From an uncultured Rivularia sp. (GTDB taxonomy: Bacteria > Cyanobacteriota > Cyanobacteriia > Cyanobacteriales > Nostocaceae): a stretch of DNA of 64,000 bases. Below, piece by piece: positions 44,445 to 56,820 of the stretch. The notes beneath the pieces are model-generated. The model was not told the DNA's origin. It made no database searches and was given only the letters and a program-made list of their open reading frames with translations. Position 1 is the first letter of the stretch. Every line of letters starts with the position of its first letter. The stretch is taken from NCBI GenBank assembly GCA_963665115.1, contig OY762007.1:6912001-6976000 (forward strand), written 5' to 3'. The position numbers and the translations under genes are program-made.

Positions 44445-44627
44445 GAGAATGTAGCTTTGATTACAGAATCAGATTTAAGAAGTTTGATGGAAACGGTTTA
44501 TTTATTAAAAACCCCTGCAAATGCAACTCGTCTGCTGGATGCGATGGAGGAATCTGAGACAGGAAAAATTAAACCTCAAACCATCGAAGAACTCAAGCAG
44601 GAGTTAGGTATTGAACAAGAAGACTGA
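44445..44627 (+). pseudogene. 5'-truncated Phd/YefM-type antitoxin
   Basis: ENVALITESDLRSLMETVYLLKTPANATRLLDAMEE...IEELKQELG matches the YefM C-terminal SLxETxYLL..P.NA..L motif; no in-frame start upstream. Confidence 0.7.
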
Positions 44628-44868
44628 GTTAGATTAAGTAAAGCCAGTTATTGTGAAGCATCAAAGCTTTAATGCAGAACAATTTTTTAATGAGCAACAA
44701 AAACAGCGTTTATCTAAACTCATGCATTTGTGGAAACAAGCAAGAGATCGAGGACAATCGTTTTCAAAAGAACTGTAAACTGAGTTGGATAATCTTGTTG
44801 AGGCTGAATTGAAAGCAGCCACCGCTCGAACGACATTTTTACTGCAACAGCCAGTAAATAAATCCTAA
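44611..44868 (+). pseudogene. Decayed ORF with two internal stops; possible toxin N-terminus joined to a hypothetical-gene remnant
   Basis: TTG overlapping the antitoxin end; LNKKTELD*VKPVIV...FFNEQQKQRLSKLM..W..ARD...EL*TELDNLVEAELKAA. Confidence 0.5.
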
Positions 44869-44986
44869 CTATGGATTCGTTTGCGCTTATTTCCTTAAAA
44901 CATTTATTAAATAATTCACTTCACCAAATAATAAAAATTCACTTGCTGCAACAAAAATCACTTTTTAACTAACTACTAATCGCCAA

Positions 44987-46033
44987 TTAACCGTTAGCCA
45001 TTACAGCTTTTTGGGATTGAGGTTGGAGTAATCCATTTAACAACTGCGCCGGACGTTCGCCTCCGTAAGGCCAAGCGAAAGCATGACGGAAAGCGGCATC
45101 TTGACAAGCTTGGAGCATTTCAAAGCTGATAATATCGTAAGTCAAAAGATTTTCGTACTCAAATGGTAAACGCACGTTATGTAACCCGGCGTTATCGGTA
45201 CAAATAGCAATATCTACACCAGCATCAAAACAACGCTCGAACACCAACTTCAACTGTCGGATATCTTGTAAGGTTCCCGTTTTAATGTAAGTTGTCGGAC
45301 AGACTTCCAAACATTGTCCGCGTCTTGCTACATCTTTAAGTAAATCTGGGGTTAACAGCGGAATCTGAATACCGTGCCCAATTCGCATCAAATAAGGCAA
45401 TAATTCTGGATGACAGCCAGCTTTGGTTTCATAAACGTGTCCGGTAGTATTTAAACCAACGGATAAAGCATATTCATAAAGCTGCTTCCATTCATCCATA
45501 CGTTCTTTGTAGGCGCTGTCTCCTCCGGCTACGTCTACAGCACATACATACTGTCTGTTTTGAGCGGCTAAATCTACAATCGCTTTATTCACCTCATAAG
45601 GAAGCCGCGAGTGCATGCACAATATCTGACTCGTAACAATTGGATATTCGGGTACTTTGCTGGCTTTACCCACAACATCGACAATCTCTGCCATTTTGTC
45701 AATTCTCTCTGATTGACTTAAATGTTCTGGGGTTCGCAGGTAGGGGGTGTAGCGCAATTCCAAATACGCCAAATTTTCAAAAATATATGCACCGCGTACC
45801 AAACGATAAATAAAGTAAGGCAAAGTTTCTACATTTTGCACGCTTTCAACTAAAGTATGCAGTTCTAGATATTCTTCTAGGGTATTGCGCGGTTTGGTGT
45901 AAAACTCTTCAAATTCTTGATAATTCTGAAAGTCTTTGACTAGCTCATTGGAATGACGCTCGAAATATCCCCATAAAATCCGGGGTACAACCGAACCGCC
46001 AAGATGTCTATGCAATTCAGCATATAAAGCCAT
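44987..46033 (-). CDS. Adenosine deaminase family protein
   Basis: AELHRHLGGS, YLELR, RIGHG, LEVCPT, CTDN. Confidence 0.9.
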   Translation of the reverse strand: MALYAELHRHLGGSVVPRILWGYFERHSNELVKDFQNYQEFEEFYTKPRNTLEEYLELHTLVESVQNVETLPYFIYRLVRGAYIFENLAYLELRYTPYLRTPEHLSQSERIDKMAEIVDVVGKASKVPEYPIVTSQILCMHSRLPYEVNKAIVDLAAQNRQYVCAVDVAGGDSAYKERMDEWKQLYEYALSVGLNTTGHVYETKAGCHPELLPYLMRIGHGIQIPLLTPDLLKDVARRGQCLEVCPTTYIKTGTLQDIRQLKLVFERCFDAGVDIAICTDNAGLHNVRLPFEYENLLTYDIISFEMLQACQDAAFRHAFAWPYGGERPAQLLNGLLQPQSQKAVMANG

Positions 46034-46120
46034 AACTGATATTTTATTCTAAAAATTTTATTAATAGTAACAAAAACAAAGAGTAAAAAAATAGATACTC
46101 AATAAAATTTTGTGTAAAGT

Positions 46121-48634
46121 CTATCTAAATTCCCTGCTAACTTTAGCTATCGTTTGCAACAAGTCCTTACCTGTAAAGGGTTTTGACATAAATGCTTTTA
46201 CATTTAGACTTTCATCTAAAGTTGAATCGTAATTTAACACTAAGCCGCTGATAGCAACAATTTTTACTTTAGGGCTGATTTTTTGTAACATCCTGATAGT
46301 AGTTTCACCATCCATCTCAGGCATCATTATATCCAGCAAGATTAAATTAATTTCTTGTTGATATTTTGTATAAATTTTTATAGCTTCGATTCCATTAGAT
46401 GCTGTTAATACGCGGTAATTATATGCTTCTAAAGATGACTTAGTTATTTTACGGATAGCTGGTTCGTCATCAACGACTAAAATTAATTCGCCACTACCAT
46501 TGAAGTCTTCAACAGATTCATCGCACCAAGAATTTGTTTCTCCGCCCGATTGGATGGGTAAATGAATTTTAACAATGGTACCTTTATTTAACTGGCTGCA
46601 AACATTCACAAAACCACCGTGGTTTTTTACAATACCCAAAGCAGTAGAAAGACCTAAACCCGTACCTTTTCCGACTTCTTTTGTAGTAAAAAATGGTTCA
46701 AAAATACGTTCTTGAACTTCTGGATGCATACCTATTCCGGTATCAGCCACGGTGACTACTATATAAGCACCTGTTTTTGCGTAGACGTTGGTTTGAGCAT
46801 AATATTCATCGATGGGTAGATTTTCGGCTGAAATTTTTAGCTTACCTCCCTTGGGCATGGCATCGCGGGCATTGATAACCAAGTTCATCAGTACCTGATG
46901 TAGTTGGGTGGCATCCCCATAAACATAATTTAAGTCAGACGCTATATTTACATCTAATTGAATTGATTTAGGAAAAGTTTCTCTAACAATTTGCTCAATT
47001 TCGGCAATTAAATATTTAATTTGAATAATAGTACGTTTACCTTCAATGCCTCTAGCGAAGGATAATAATTGTTTGATTAAACTAGCACCGCGTTGGGCAT
47101 TATTTTCTAACGTTTTTAGCAATCGTAAATGTTGGGAATCGTAGAGTTTTCTTTCTAATAATTGTACCGACATTAAAATTGGTGCTAATACATTATTAAG
47201 ATCGTGGGCTATTCCACCTGCTAAGGTGCCGATACTTTCTAAACGCTGGGTTCTTAAAAGTTGAGTTTCTAGTTGTTTCTTTTGGGTAATTTCTGTATTT
47301 TCAGCCAAAATTGATTTCGGCTGTCCTTTTTCATCTCGTAATAACGTCCAGCGGCTTTCAACGATAATATCTTTACCTTCTTTGGTTACTTGATGCAATT
47401 CTCCTTGCCAAATTCCTTGATTAATAACGCTTAATAATGCATCGTCTTGTTCTGAAGAATGTTCTTCGTGTAATAATCGCGATGATTTTTTACCGTAAAC
47501 TTCGCAAGCTTGCCAACCGTAAATATTTTCAGCCCCTTTATTCCAATATAAAATTCGATTGTGAATATCTTTGACTAAAATTGCGTTTGTGACTACATCT
47601 AGTAGCGCTGCTTGAGTTTGAAGCTTTTGTTCTGAAGCTTTACGCTGGCTGATGTCGCGAGTTATTGCTAAATGCAAAAAACCGTTGTTATTTTCATCTG
47701 GCAATGGTACACCGTAGGTTTTCATCCAGCGACGAGTACCTTTAAATCCAATCATCTCGAATTCCAAAGTTTCTTTATTACCCCGACAAACGCTTTCATG
47801 CATTAATCTATAGGCTTTTTGGTATTCTAGAATAACTGCCGAACATAGCGATCGCCCTATTAAAAGATCGGCGTTTTCTACCTCCATCATTTCTATCCCG
47901 GAGGCATTGATTTCTAAAAGAGTGCCATCGTTGTCTATTAACTTAATAGATTCTGGTTTTGCATCTATTATTGCCTGCAAGCGGTTTTCGCTTTGTCTTA
48001 AAGCAATTTCGGTTTTTTTTAGTCTGACTACGTAGTCTTTAAGCAGATAATAAAGTTGTGCAATTAATGCTAAGTTGCCAAAACCAGCAATTACAAAAGC
48101 AATTACGGCTTTATGGAAGCTAATATTTGATAAATTAATTTGATTTAATAAAACTTTTGCTTCTGTTTCTTCAAGATCGGAAATAACCTTTATTACATCA
48201 CGATTGAAAGCGGAATCTGGAGATAGATTCACTTGGTTGTTCTTTAATGGTTCTAATTTTTGCCCAAATAGATCGAGTCGATCGTTTATTTTGCGATCGA
48301 GCAACGAAATTTGTTGCTGTTTTTGGTAATTATGTTTAGTTAAATCTTTTAAAGTTCGGATGTTTATGTCAATTTCTTTTCGTGCAAAATCATATATTTT
48401 TAGATAATCTGTATTGGTTGATGTTAAGTAATTATAACGCGCTGCTTGAGCATCATTGAATACTAAAAATGTTTTTTCAAGCCTAACGATAACTTCATTT
48501 GAATGATTTATATATTGTTGGTTTGCATTTAGCTTTATCGCATTGCTATATGAAATTGCTGCATTAGCAAATACTAAACAAAGGATGGATAAAAATAATA
48601 TTCTTAATTTTTTTATGCTAAATGGTTTCATCAT
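46121..48634 (-). CDS. Hybrid sensor histidine kinase (CHASE3-like, 2xPAS, HisKA, HATPase, REC)
   Basis: Two TMs, GIAHDLNN, NARDAM, GTGLGL, ILVVDDE...LDIMMP...KPF. Confidence 0.92.
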   Translation of the reverse strand: MMKPFSIKKLRILFLSILCLVFANAAISYSNAIKLNANQQYINHSNEVIVRLEKTFLVFNDAQAARYNYLTSTNTDYLKIYDFARKEIDINIRTLKDLTKHNYQKQQQISLLDRKINDRLDLFGQKLEPLKNNQVNLSPDSAFNRDVIKVISDLEETEAKVLLNQINLSNISFHKAVIAFVIAGFGNLALIAQLYYLLKDYVVRLKKTEIALRQSENRLQAIIDAKPESIKLIDNDGTLLEINASGIEMMEVENADLLIGRSLCSAVILEYQKAYRLMHESVCRGNKETLEFEMIGFKGTRRWMKTYGVPLPDENNNGFLHLAITRDISQRKASEQKLQTQAALLDVVTNAILVKDIHNRILYWNKGAENIYGWQACEVYGKKSSRLLHEEHSSEQDDALLSVINQGIWQGELHQVTKEGKDIIVESRWTLLRDEKGQPKSILAENTEITQKKQLETQLLRTQRLESIGTLAGGIAHDLNNVLAPILMSVQLLERKLYDSQHLRLLKTLENNAQRGASLIKQLLSFARGIEGKRTIIQIKYLIAEIEQIVRETFPKSIQLDVNIASDLNYVYGDATQLHQVLMNLVINARDAMPKGGKLKISAENLPIDEYYAQTNVYAKTGAYIVVTVADTGIGMHPEVQERIFEPFFTTKEVGKGTGLGLSTALGIVKNHGGFVNVCSQLNKGTIVKIHLPIQSGGETNSWCDESVEDFNGSGELILVVDDEPAIRKITKSSLEAYNYRVLTASNGIEAIKIYTKYQQEINLILLDIMMPEMDGETTIRMLQKISPKVKIVAISGLVLNYDSTLDESLNVKAFMSKPFTGKDLLQTIAKVSREFR

Positions 48635-48935
48635 ACTTGGAATAAATAAAGTATTTTCTAATGCTGAATTTTATTTTTCTCGATAAATGCAATATTCTTA
48701 AACCTAATTAAAATACGCTGTATATGTGCTAGTTATGTTAATAAAAATTGCAGCCTTTTTCAGATGAAAATATTATTTAATTCAGATAAAAACTAATTAT
48801 CTGTTTAAAGTGTAGTATTAACAATCGGGAGTTAATCCCCGATAAAACTAAATATAGTATTCTGTCTTATTGAGATTCCCCTAACACCCTAAACAAAAGG
48901 AGATTTCGCGTGAGTCCTATTTATGATGAATAATA

Positions 48936-49087
48936 TACAGCCCTTTGCAGCTAAATGAGGTACAAAGCTATATTCAGAAAGTCTTGTGGGATGGAGAGCA
49001 GCGCGTTGCGGAGGTTCCCTCCGTTGTAGCGACTGCGGGGCATCCCTGCCCGTCAGAATGTACTTCACCAAAACTAAATATGCTGTA
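48936..49087. mobile_element. MITE-like element containing a REP that is itself interrupted by a 45-bp palindromic repeat
   Basis: Ends TACAGC..N..TGAGGTACA and TGTACTTCA..N..GCTGTA; inner CTTGTGGGATGG[48995-49039]GCATCCCTGCCCGT matches the reverse complement of 10044-10069. Confidence 0.65.
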
Positions 49088-49553
49088 TCTGATTAGAAAA
49101 TCATCTGAAATATTTGCTTGAAAAAACTAAATAAAATATAGTCACTTTTGCAAAAGATACAAATTGTAGAAGATCGGATTTAGCCAGAATTTAATTTATA
49201 TTTGACAAGTTAATATTTACTTAAACCATTATCTCTACCGAACGGCTATTACCTCATCAAATATAAATTGCATCAGCCGGATTTATTATGAGAGATAGAC
49301 TAAATATAAATCTAAGTTTTATCTGTACATATTTTATACATTTTTTGTAAAACCAATATGCGAACCATATCCTTACCAGTAAATATAAATTCATCACTTT
49401 ACTAAATAGTTACGGTATTAAATTGTTACTTATTTTACCAGAAAATAAATTTAAAAATGTAGCATATCAATCAATTCCAATCTGACAAAAGGTCACAATT
49501 GTCAAGGATTTATAACTAATCAAGCTTTTTTTTGAAAATGTTATCTACTAGCC

Positions 49554-49583
49554 TTGACATTGGTTACTAATCATGTGGATAAT
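49554..49583 (+). promoter_or_regulatory. Putative sigma70-type promoter of purA
   Basis: TTGACA-18-GATAAT, ~36 nt before the start codon. Confidence 0.45.
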
Positions 49584-49613
49584 TATCATTTGTGAAAACC
49601 GTATTGTTAATAA

Positions 49614-50963
<1,350 letters not shown>

Positions 50964-51067
50964 GGTACAATGTTTTCTTTGTCTGTATATTTTAGAGGTG
51001 CAGTGTCAAAAACTGCACTGCTTTAAGTGTAAACTGACCCACAAACATTAATAATAAGAACAAAGCT

Positions 51068-51691
51068 ATGGAAATGATGGTCGAATGTCAAAAGCGACCA
51101 GAAGGGAGCAAAACGAAAGCTTTGCGTCGTTCTGGAGAGATTCCTGCCAATTTATACGGCCATAAAGGAACCGAATCAATTTCTTTGGTAGTTAACGCTA
51201 AAACCGTCGAGCGCTTACTCAAAAAAGCTTCGGTTAACAATACTTTGATTGACTTGAAAATTGCTGAAATACCTTGGGAAGGACAAACCTTGCTGCGGGA
51301 AGTTCAGGCTCATCCAGCGACAGGAAAACCTTACCATCTCAGCTTTTTCGCTGTCGCAGGTCACGGTAAAATGACAGTAGAAGTACCTTTCAACTTTATC
51401 GGCGATGCAGTTGGTGTAGAACAAGAAGGCGGTATATTAGATACCGTAATTACTCAAATGCAGTTAAACTGTCTGCCGGAGAACATTCCCGATTCAATTG
51501 ATATTGACGTTAGTAACTTGAATGTTGGAGACAGTTTACACGTCAATCAAATTGTATTACCGAAGGGCGTAACATTAACAGCAGAATCTGACGAACTTGT
51601 TGTAAGTGTTTTACCACCACAAGTTGCTGCAACTACAGAAGAAGATGAAGAAGGAACCGAAGAAGAAGCTGCCGAACCCGCAACTACTTAA
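51068..51691 (+). CDS. rplY: 50S ribosomal protein L25 / general stress protein Ctc
   Basis: [34 protein letters not shown], acidic tail. Confidence 0.95.
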   Translation: MEMMVECQKRPEGSKTKALRRSGEIPANLYGHKGTESISLVVNAKTVERLLKKASVNNTLIDLKIAEIPWEGQTLLREVQAHPATGKPYHLSFFAVAGHGKMTVEVPFNFIGDAVGVEQEGGILDTVITQMQLNCLPENIPDSIDIDVSNLNVGDSLHVNQIVLPKGVTLTAESDELVVSVLPPQVAATTEEDEEGTEEEAAEPATT

Positions 51692-51715
51692 AGGCTGCTT
51701 AATTAAATTAAAATG

Positions 51716-51740
51716 CCAGGGGTTAGCTCCTGGTTTTTTT
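51716..51740 (+). terminator. Intrinsic terminator after rplY
   Basis: CCAGGGG-TTAG-CTCCTGG hairpin followed by a T7 run. Confidence 0.75.
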
Positions 51741-52047
51741 GTATCTTGTTAAATGTAATAATGACGTAGCAGATTCTACTGCCGATTTGTTAGTATCACA
51801 AATGAAAACAGCAGAGCTATTTATTAAACTCTACTCCCAAATGCAGAGGGTAAGTTTCTTGAAAAGCTTTCTGCTTTAACACTAACGTTTAGTCCATATT
51901 TATGTCATTGACCAGAATATGGCTAGTTTGCCCTATGCCATCTGGAGAAAGTCGTTATCAGCAAATAAAAATTATATCTTAAAATTTTAGATACAACTCA
52001 ACCACGAGATGCACAATTAAAAGAAGTTATTAGCCAATAGCCTAATT

Positions 52048-52567
52048 ATGGCAAAAAAAAGTTCTGGTAATTTTTTACCTATTTCTCAAAGCTTTCTCAC
52101 TCAACTGATATTCGGAACATTTTTGGCATTTATATTTTTCCTCTCTTCTGGACGAGTGGAACTAAGTGTCTTTCTTGGGGTATTAGGAGGGTTAAGTTTA
52201 GGCTTGTTTACAACATCCACAAGAACTGGCCCCTCATCCCGAAACCGTAGCATCTTCTGATGGTGTAGATGCTGGACTGAAATACTGGTTATTTTTCTTA
52301 CTTAGTTTTTTACTTTTGGGCTACGATCCGCCTATAAGTATTTTGTTAGGTGGAATAGCCGGTTTGAGTGGGGGCTTTATTTTTGCTTGGTGGGGAAGCA
52401 AGGAACCAACTGTGACTAAAGTTCCAAGTCAGATTCAGCGAGATATCGAAACCGACAATGACGAGTCAGCTTCCCCCGCACAGAGAATTAACTTGCAGCG
52501 AAGTAGGAGAGTAACCCGTCGTTACCGTCGTCGCTCTGGAATCAATATTAAGTTTTGGGAAAAGTAG
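52048..52567 (+). CDS. Hypothetical membrane protein; +1 frameshift near 52230, probably a sequencing error
   Basis: Removing one C gives a continuous ...TVASSDGVDAGLKYWLFF...SILLGGIAG frame with two similar hydrophobic repeats. Confidence 0.65.
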
Positions 52568-52811
52568 CCGAAAGTTAAAAGGAAGAGAGTTAAGAGTTAA
52601 GAGTTAAGAGTGAGGAGCTAAGAGTTACTCACTTACAACTAATATCTTGTAATTTTGGCAAAAACTGAGTTTCTCTATCGTATCTGGATCGTAAATTCTT
52701 AATTTATGCTCTATAAACCTATTTTTTAGGTCTTGTTGAATTTAAACAGCAACAAGTTACATCACTCATAACTCATAACTCCTAATTCATAACTCATAAT
52801 TTATAGTTCCC

Positions 52812-53603
52812 ATGTTTTTATATCTTTCCAAGCTGCTGCCCCTTTTTTTCTATCCTCTAGGATTTATATGCATTTGTAATGTTTTAGCACTTTTTTTGCT
52901 TTGGAAAAGACCCCGTGTAGCAGCATTTTGCATTGCGCTAGGATTGTTTGTAGTGCTTTTAACCTCTAATGCTTGGGTTTCTCGTATTATGTTGAGTTCC
53001 CTTGAATCGCAAAATATTCCTACAGGAGAATTGCCTACAGCACAAGCCATTGTAGTTTTAGGCGGCGCAACCAAATCGGCTTACGCACCTCGAACAACAG
53101 TAGACTTAAGCGAAGCAGGCGATAGAGTTCTTTACGCAGCCCAACTTTACCGTCAAAAAAAAGCTCCCCTAATTATTGCTAGTGGTGGTCGTATCGATTG
53201 GTATGGGGGTGGTACGCCAGAATCCGAAGATATCGCAAAATTACTTACGTTTATGGGTGTAAAAGCGGAAGATATTTTACAAGATCCTACTTCACTTAAT
53301 ACCTATCAAAATGCCGTAAACGTAAAAAAAATTCTCTTAGAACGTAATATTGACCGCATACTATTAGTAACTTCAGCGATGCATATGCCGCGTTCGCTGG
53401 CAATTTTCAAACATCAGGATATTGAAACAGTTGCTGCACCTACTGATTTTCTGGTGACAAGAGGTGAACTTGAGTCAATAGGTAGCACCCCTAAAAGTGC
53501 AATTTTAAATTTATTACCAGATAGCAGAAATTTAGAAAATTTTACCCTTGCTTTAAAAGAGTATATAGGTATGATTGTATACCGTTTGCGCGGGTGGGTT
53601 TGA
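52812..53603 (+). CDS. YdcF/ElyC (DUF218) family protein
   Basis: AIVVLGG, ASGG, SLNTYQNA, LVTSAMHMPRS, LKEYIG. Confidence 0.9.
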   Translation: MFLYLSKLLPLFFYPLGFICICNVLALFLLWKRPRVAAFCIALGLFVVLLTSNAWVSRIMLSSLESQNIPTGELPTAQAIVVLGGATKSAYAPRTTVDLSEAGDRVLYAAQLYRQKKAPLIIASGGRIDWYGGGTPESEDIAKLLTFMGVKAEDILQDPTSLNTYQNAVNVKKILLERNIDRILLVTSAMHMPRSLAIFKHQDIETVAAPTDFLVTRGELESIGSTPKSAILNLLPDSRNLENFTLALKEYIGMIVYRLRGWV

Positions 53604-53674
53604 ATCAGCGAACAGTGAACAGTGACGAATAAATTATCAACTAACAATTATCAACTAACAACTAACTAATACAA

Positions 53675-53899
53675 ATGTCACAAGAATTACAAAGAATAGT
53701 TCCGTCGGGGTCATCTCAAATAGAAGAAACTATTGCTGTTAATGAAACTACTCAAGAATTTTACCGAGAAGTTGAAGTGCGCTCGGAGTTTAATAATTAT
53801 TGTGAATGGTATCATGCTACAGCTAAAAGCAATCGTGAAGAATTAGAAAAAATGCGCGGCGAACTGAATATATTCCAGTGGTTTCGCCGCAGGGGCTAA
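53675..53899 (+). CDS. Small hypothetical protein
   Basis: 74-aa ORF filling the gap between genes, helical composition. Confidence 0.6.
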   Translation: MSQELQRIVPSGSSQIEETIAVNETTQEFYREVEVRSEFNNYCEWYHATAKSNREELEKMRGELNIFQWFRRRG

Positions 53900-53902
53900 A
53901 TT

Positions 53903-54125
53903 TTAGACTGTTTCTAACTCATTAGTACGTAAGTGAGCTTTAAACTTTTTAGTAAACTGCACTTGAATAGGGAAGTTAGCACTAACAGGCCCTTCCTTTC
54001 CATTCTGTAGCAATATTAAAGACTTCTCCTTCAAAGCCTTTGATATCAAAAGCTTCACCACGATGTTCGGGATGATGATAAATTACTACAGATTCAGCTA
54101 CACGGACGCGATCGCCAACTTTCAT
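53903..54125 (-). CDS. ftrV: Ferredoxin-thioredoxin reductase variable chain; +1 frameshift at 53990-53992; start could be GTG at 54170
   Basis: MKVGDRVRV..SVVIYHHP...GEV...WKGR; corrected PVSANFP..VQF..KFKAHLR..EL. Confidence 0.9.
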
Positions 54126-54540
54126 ATCACTATTTGCATCTAACTTTTGGTTTTCCACAACTGTCGTCACGCCTATCCCTCAATGAATGTGTTTTTTCTC
54201 AAAATATAGACTGCTTGCCACTTTAAATTTTGTTTTAGCTTTATAAATGCGGTATAGAAGCCATATATAAAACTCCGCTCGCACGAAGGCAAGAGTTTTC
54301 ATCTCTATATCTTCACTCCAAAAGTAGACATTGGTCAACTAGTATAAGGTCAAAGGTTAAAGGTTAGGAGTTAGGAGTAGAGAGTAGCAAGTAGTAAGTA
54401 GCGAGTAAATTAATAATTTCCTATTTTTATCGTCATCTGTGTTAATCAACTGTGTTGCTTAACTATTTATTACAGTTTTACAACTTTCTACTCGCTACTC
54501 GCTACTCGCTACTTAAAGAATATGTCATCTCCCCATCCCT

Positions 54541-56466
54541 TCAATAAGGAGGACAAACTCCACGCACTTGCGGAGGAAGTTGCTTACAGGTTGTGTTAAA
54601 TGATTTAGGCTGAATTAGCCACCATGCGAGCAACGCCAATGCTGTACCTCCAATTAATAGCAGCAATACTACGAATAGTAATACGATTGGATTGCGTTTA
54701 GACTTTTTCTTGGCAGGTGCGCTCTGGTTATTTATGACGGGTTCGTCGTCGGAAAGCCTTAAGTCTAATAGCGCTTGGGAACTTTCTGCTAATTCTTGTT
54801 CTGAAGAAGCTGTTTCTTCTTCCAAAATCTCGATGTCAGATGCTTTAGGGCTGACTATCGCTAAATAATCTGGAATGACACGACAATGAGTAATAACTAC
54901 TGAAATATTGTCATGTCCGTTTCTATGATTTGCTAATTTAATCCAAGAATCAGCTGCTTCTTGGGGGGATACTTCACCCGTTAATACTGGTAATGCATAA
55001 TCGCGCCAGTAATGTTCTACCAGGTTATTGTCGCTCAAACCGTCGGAACATAATAGTAATATTCCATCTTCTTCTAAAATAAATCGTGAGATTTGGGGAT
55101 GAAGAAATTCACCTTCTTTGGTACCCAACGCTTGAGTTAAAGCAGTAGCATCGGGACGCTGTAATGCTTTATGATACAGGCTGCGTCCGTGAATTACTTC
55201 TCGCTTTGCAACATCGTCATCAACTGTAAGTAGCTGACAATAGTTGCGAGTAATCCAGTAAGCGCGGCTATCCCCAACGCTTGCTAAATAGAGTTCGCAA
55301 GCATTTTCCGAGCGCCAATTAGCGGTAGTAGTAACACTTTGCGGTATCTGTACCGACATAACCAGCGTTGTTGCCATGCGTTCTCTTTTTTCACGTTTCT
55401 GCTGGTTGTTGGCACTGCAAATTAAGTTATTTACAACTCGCAAGCTGGCTTCAATTTGCTGTTTTAACAAATCTGGAGATACGATTTCGGCTTGCTGTGC
55501 GACTTCAGCTAGTAGAGCTTTGATTTGCAGTTTTACTGACTGTACGGCTAAAGCGGAAGCAACTTCACCACCTGAGTGTCCGCCGATACCATCGCATACA
55601 AGAGATACTTTGGGTAATAAAGAATCTTCTTGAGAATCTCTAATTGTAGGAAAGCAATTATCTTCGTTTCTGGTTAGTTGCTCTCCTTTATCTGTAATTC
55701 CAGATACTTTCAAAGTTAAAGGTAATTCTGCTGCTGCTGATAGCAACAGTTGATTAAGTTGGTTAGAAATTGCTTCAAAATCAACCACACCGCTACACAT
55801 CTGCTTAACAAGTTTTTTTAAGGGACTGTTAACTTTTGTGTGGGAAATTGCTACAATCGGTCGCCAACATTCTCCCAGCTGCTGCAAAGATAGCGCGTTT
55901 GTGTTTTCGATAAGTTCCACTAAGCGCACGCACCAACCTTGTACGCGCAAGTTTTCTGGAACCAACAAACTACCTGCAACTCCCAATTCAGATAAGGGTT
56001 TCCACAATTCGAGAATTTGCCACAACCAGTAAACTTGTCTTACTGCCGTTGAATCCCATACATCGGTAATTGCAGGATATAAACTCCCTTTATCGTCAAT
56101 AGGTGCATTTTCTAGCAGCAGAATATCATCTTCATTTTGACGCGATTGTGTAAATCCGTATACATGAGGTACGTGCAATCGATATTGATGCAAGCGTAGA
56201 TAGGGAAGAACATTATTCGGTAATTTTTCTAATGTATCTGGTATTACTATCGGCTGAGTATCCAGCCAGATTTGAGGTGAAATGACTTCGTAACGAGAAG
56301 CAATTTTTTCTCCTGATTCTAAATTATTTTTTTCCGTATCTACCGCCCAAACATATCGGTAAACAAGGGGTGTAAAGCAATTAGCGCAAAGGCGATTACC
56401 TACGGAATTAACCGGGTCGGTACAGTGAGGATTCGTGCAATAAACTATCCTTTGAGTAGAAATCAT
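54541..56466 (-). CDS. PP2C-family Ser/Thr phosphatase with N-terminal 4-Cys zinc ribbon and C-terminal TM
   Basis: CTNPHC...CANC; RNED, VCDGIGGH, VGDSRAY, LCSDGL, GHDNIS. Confidence 0.9.
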   Translation of the reverse strand: MISTQRIVYCTNPHCTDPVNSVGNRLCANCFTPLVYRYVWAVDTEKNNLESGEKIASRYEVISPQIWLDTQPIVIPDTLEKLPNNVLPYLRLHQYRLHVPHVYGFTQSRQNEDDILLLENAPIDDKGSLYPAITDVWDSTAVRQVYWLWQILELWKPLSELGVAGSLLVPENLRVQGWCVRLVELIENTNALSLQQLGECWRPIVAISHTKVNSPLKKLVKQMCSGVVDFEAISNQLNQLLLSAAAELPLTLKVSGITDKGEQLTRNEDNCFPTIRDSQEDSLLPKVSLVCDGIGGHSGGEVASALAVQSVKLQIKALLAEVAQQAEIVSPDLLKQQIEASLRVVNNLICSANNQQKREKRERMATTLVMSVQIPQSVTTTANWRSENACELYLASVGDSRAYWITRNYCQLLTVDDDVAKREVIHGRSLYHKALQRPDATALTQALGTKEGEFLHPQISRFILEEDGILLLCSDGLSDNNLVEHYWRDYALPVLTGEVSPQEAADSWIKLANHRNGHDNISVVITHCRVIPDYLAIVSPKASDIEILEEETASSEQELAESSQALLDLRLSDDEPVINNQSAPAKKKSKRNPIVLLFVVLLLLIGGTALALLAWWLIQPKSFNTTCKQLPPQVRGVCPPY

Positions 56467-56820
56467 TAGGTATAAATTATGTCTACTGTAATTAGCGAGT
56501 AAATTTAAGTGACATTTCGCAGCCAGAGGATTTGAGCTTCGATTAGACTAAGTAGGTATCCTTTTAACATAATTTTGTTATTAGAAGTAATCAAAATTTA
56601 CCGTAAAAAGAACAACTTTAACTTTTTTCGCTTTCAGAAAATTTAATATTGGCAAGTGTATTTATATTTAGTACGGCGAAGTTTAATAAAATCTTGGCTT
56701 TTGAAGTAATCGAAAAACTTGCAGTTAATAGTTTTTTAGTTTCATACTGGATACTTGAGCCTTCTTTGTACACATCATCTGCGAATCAATTTATCCTGAA
56801 TGTAGATTTTAGGATGATAT

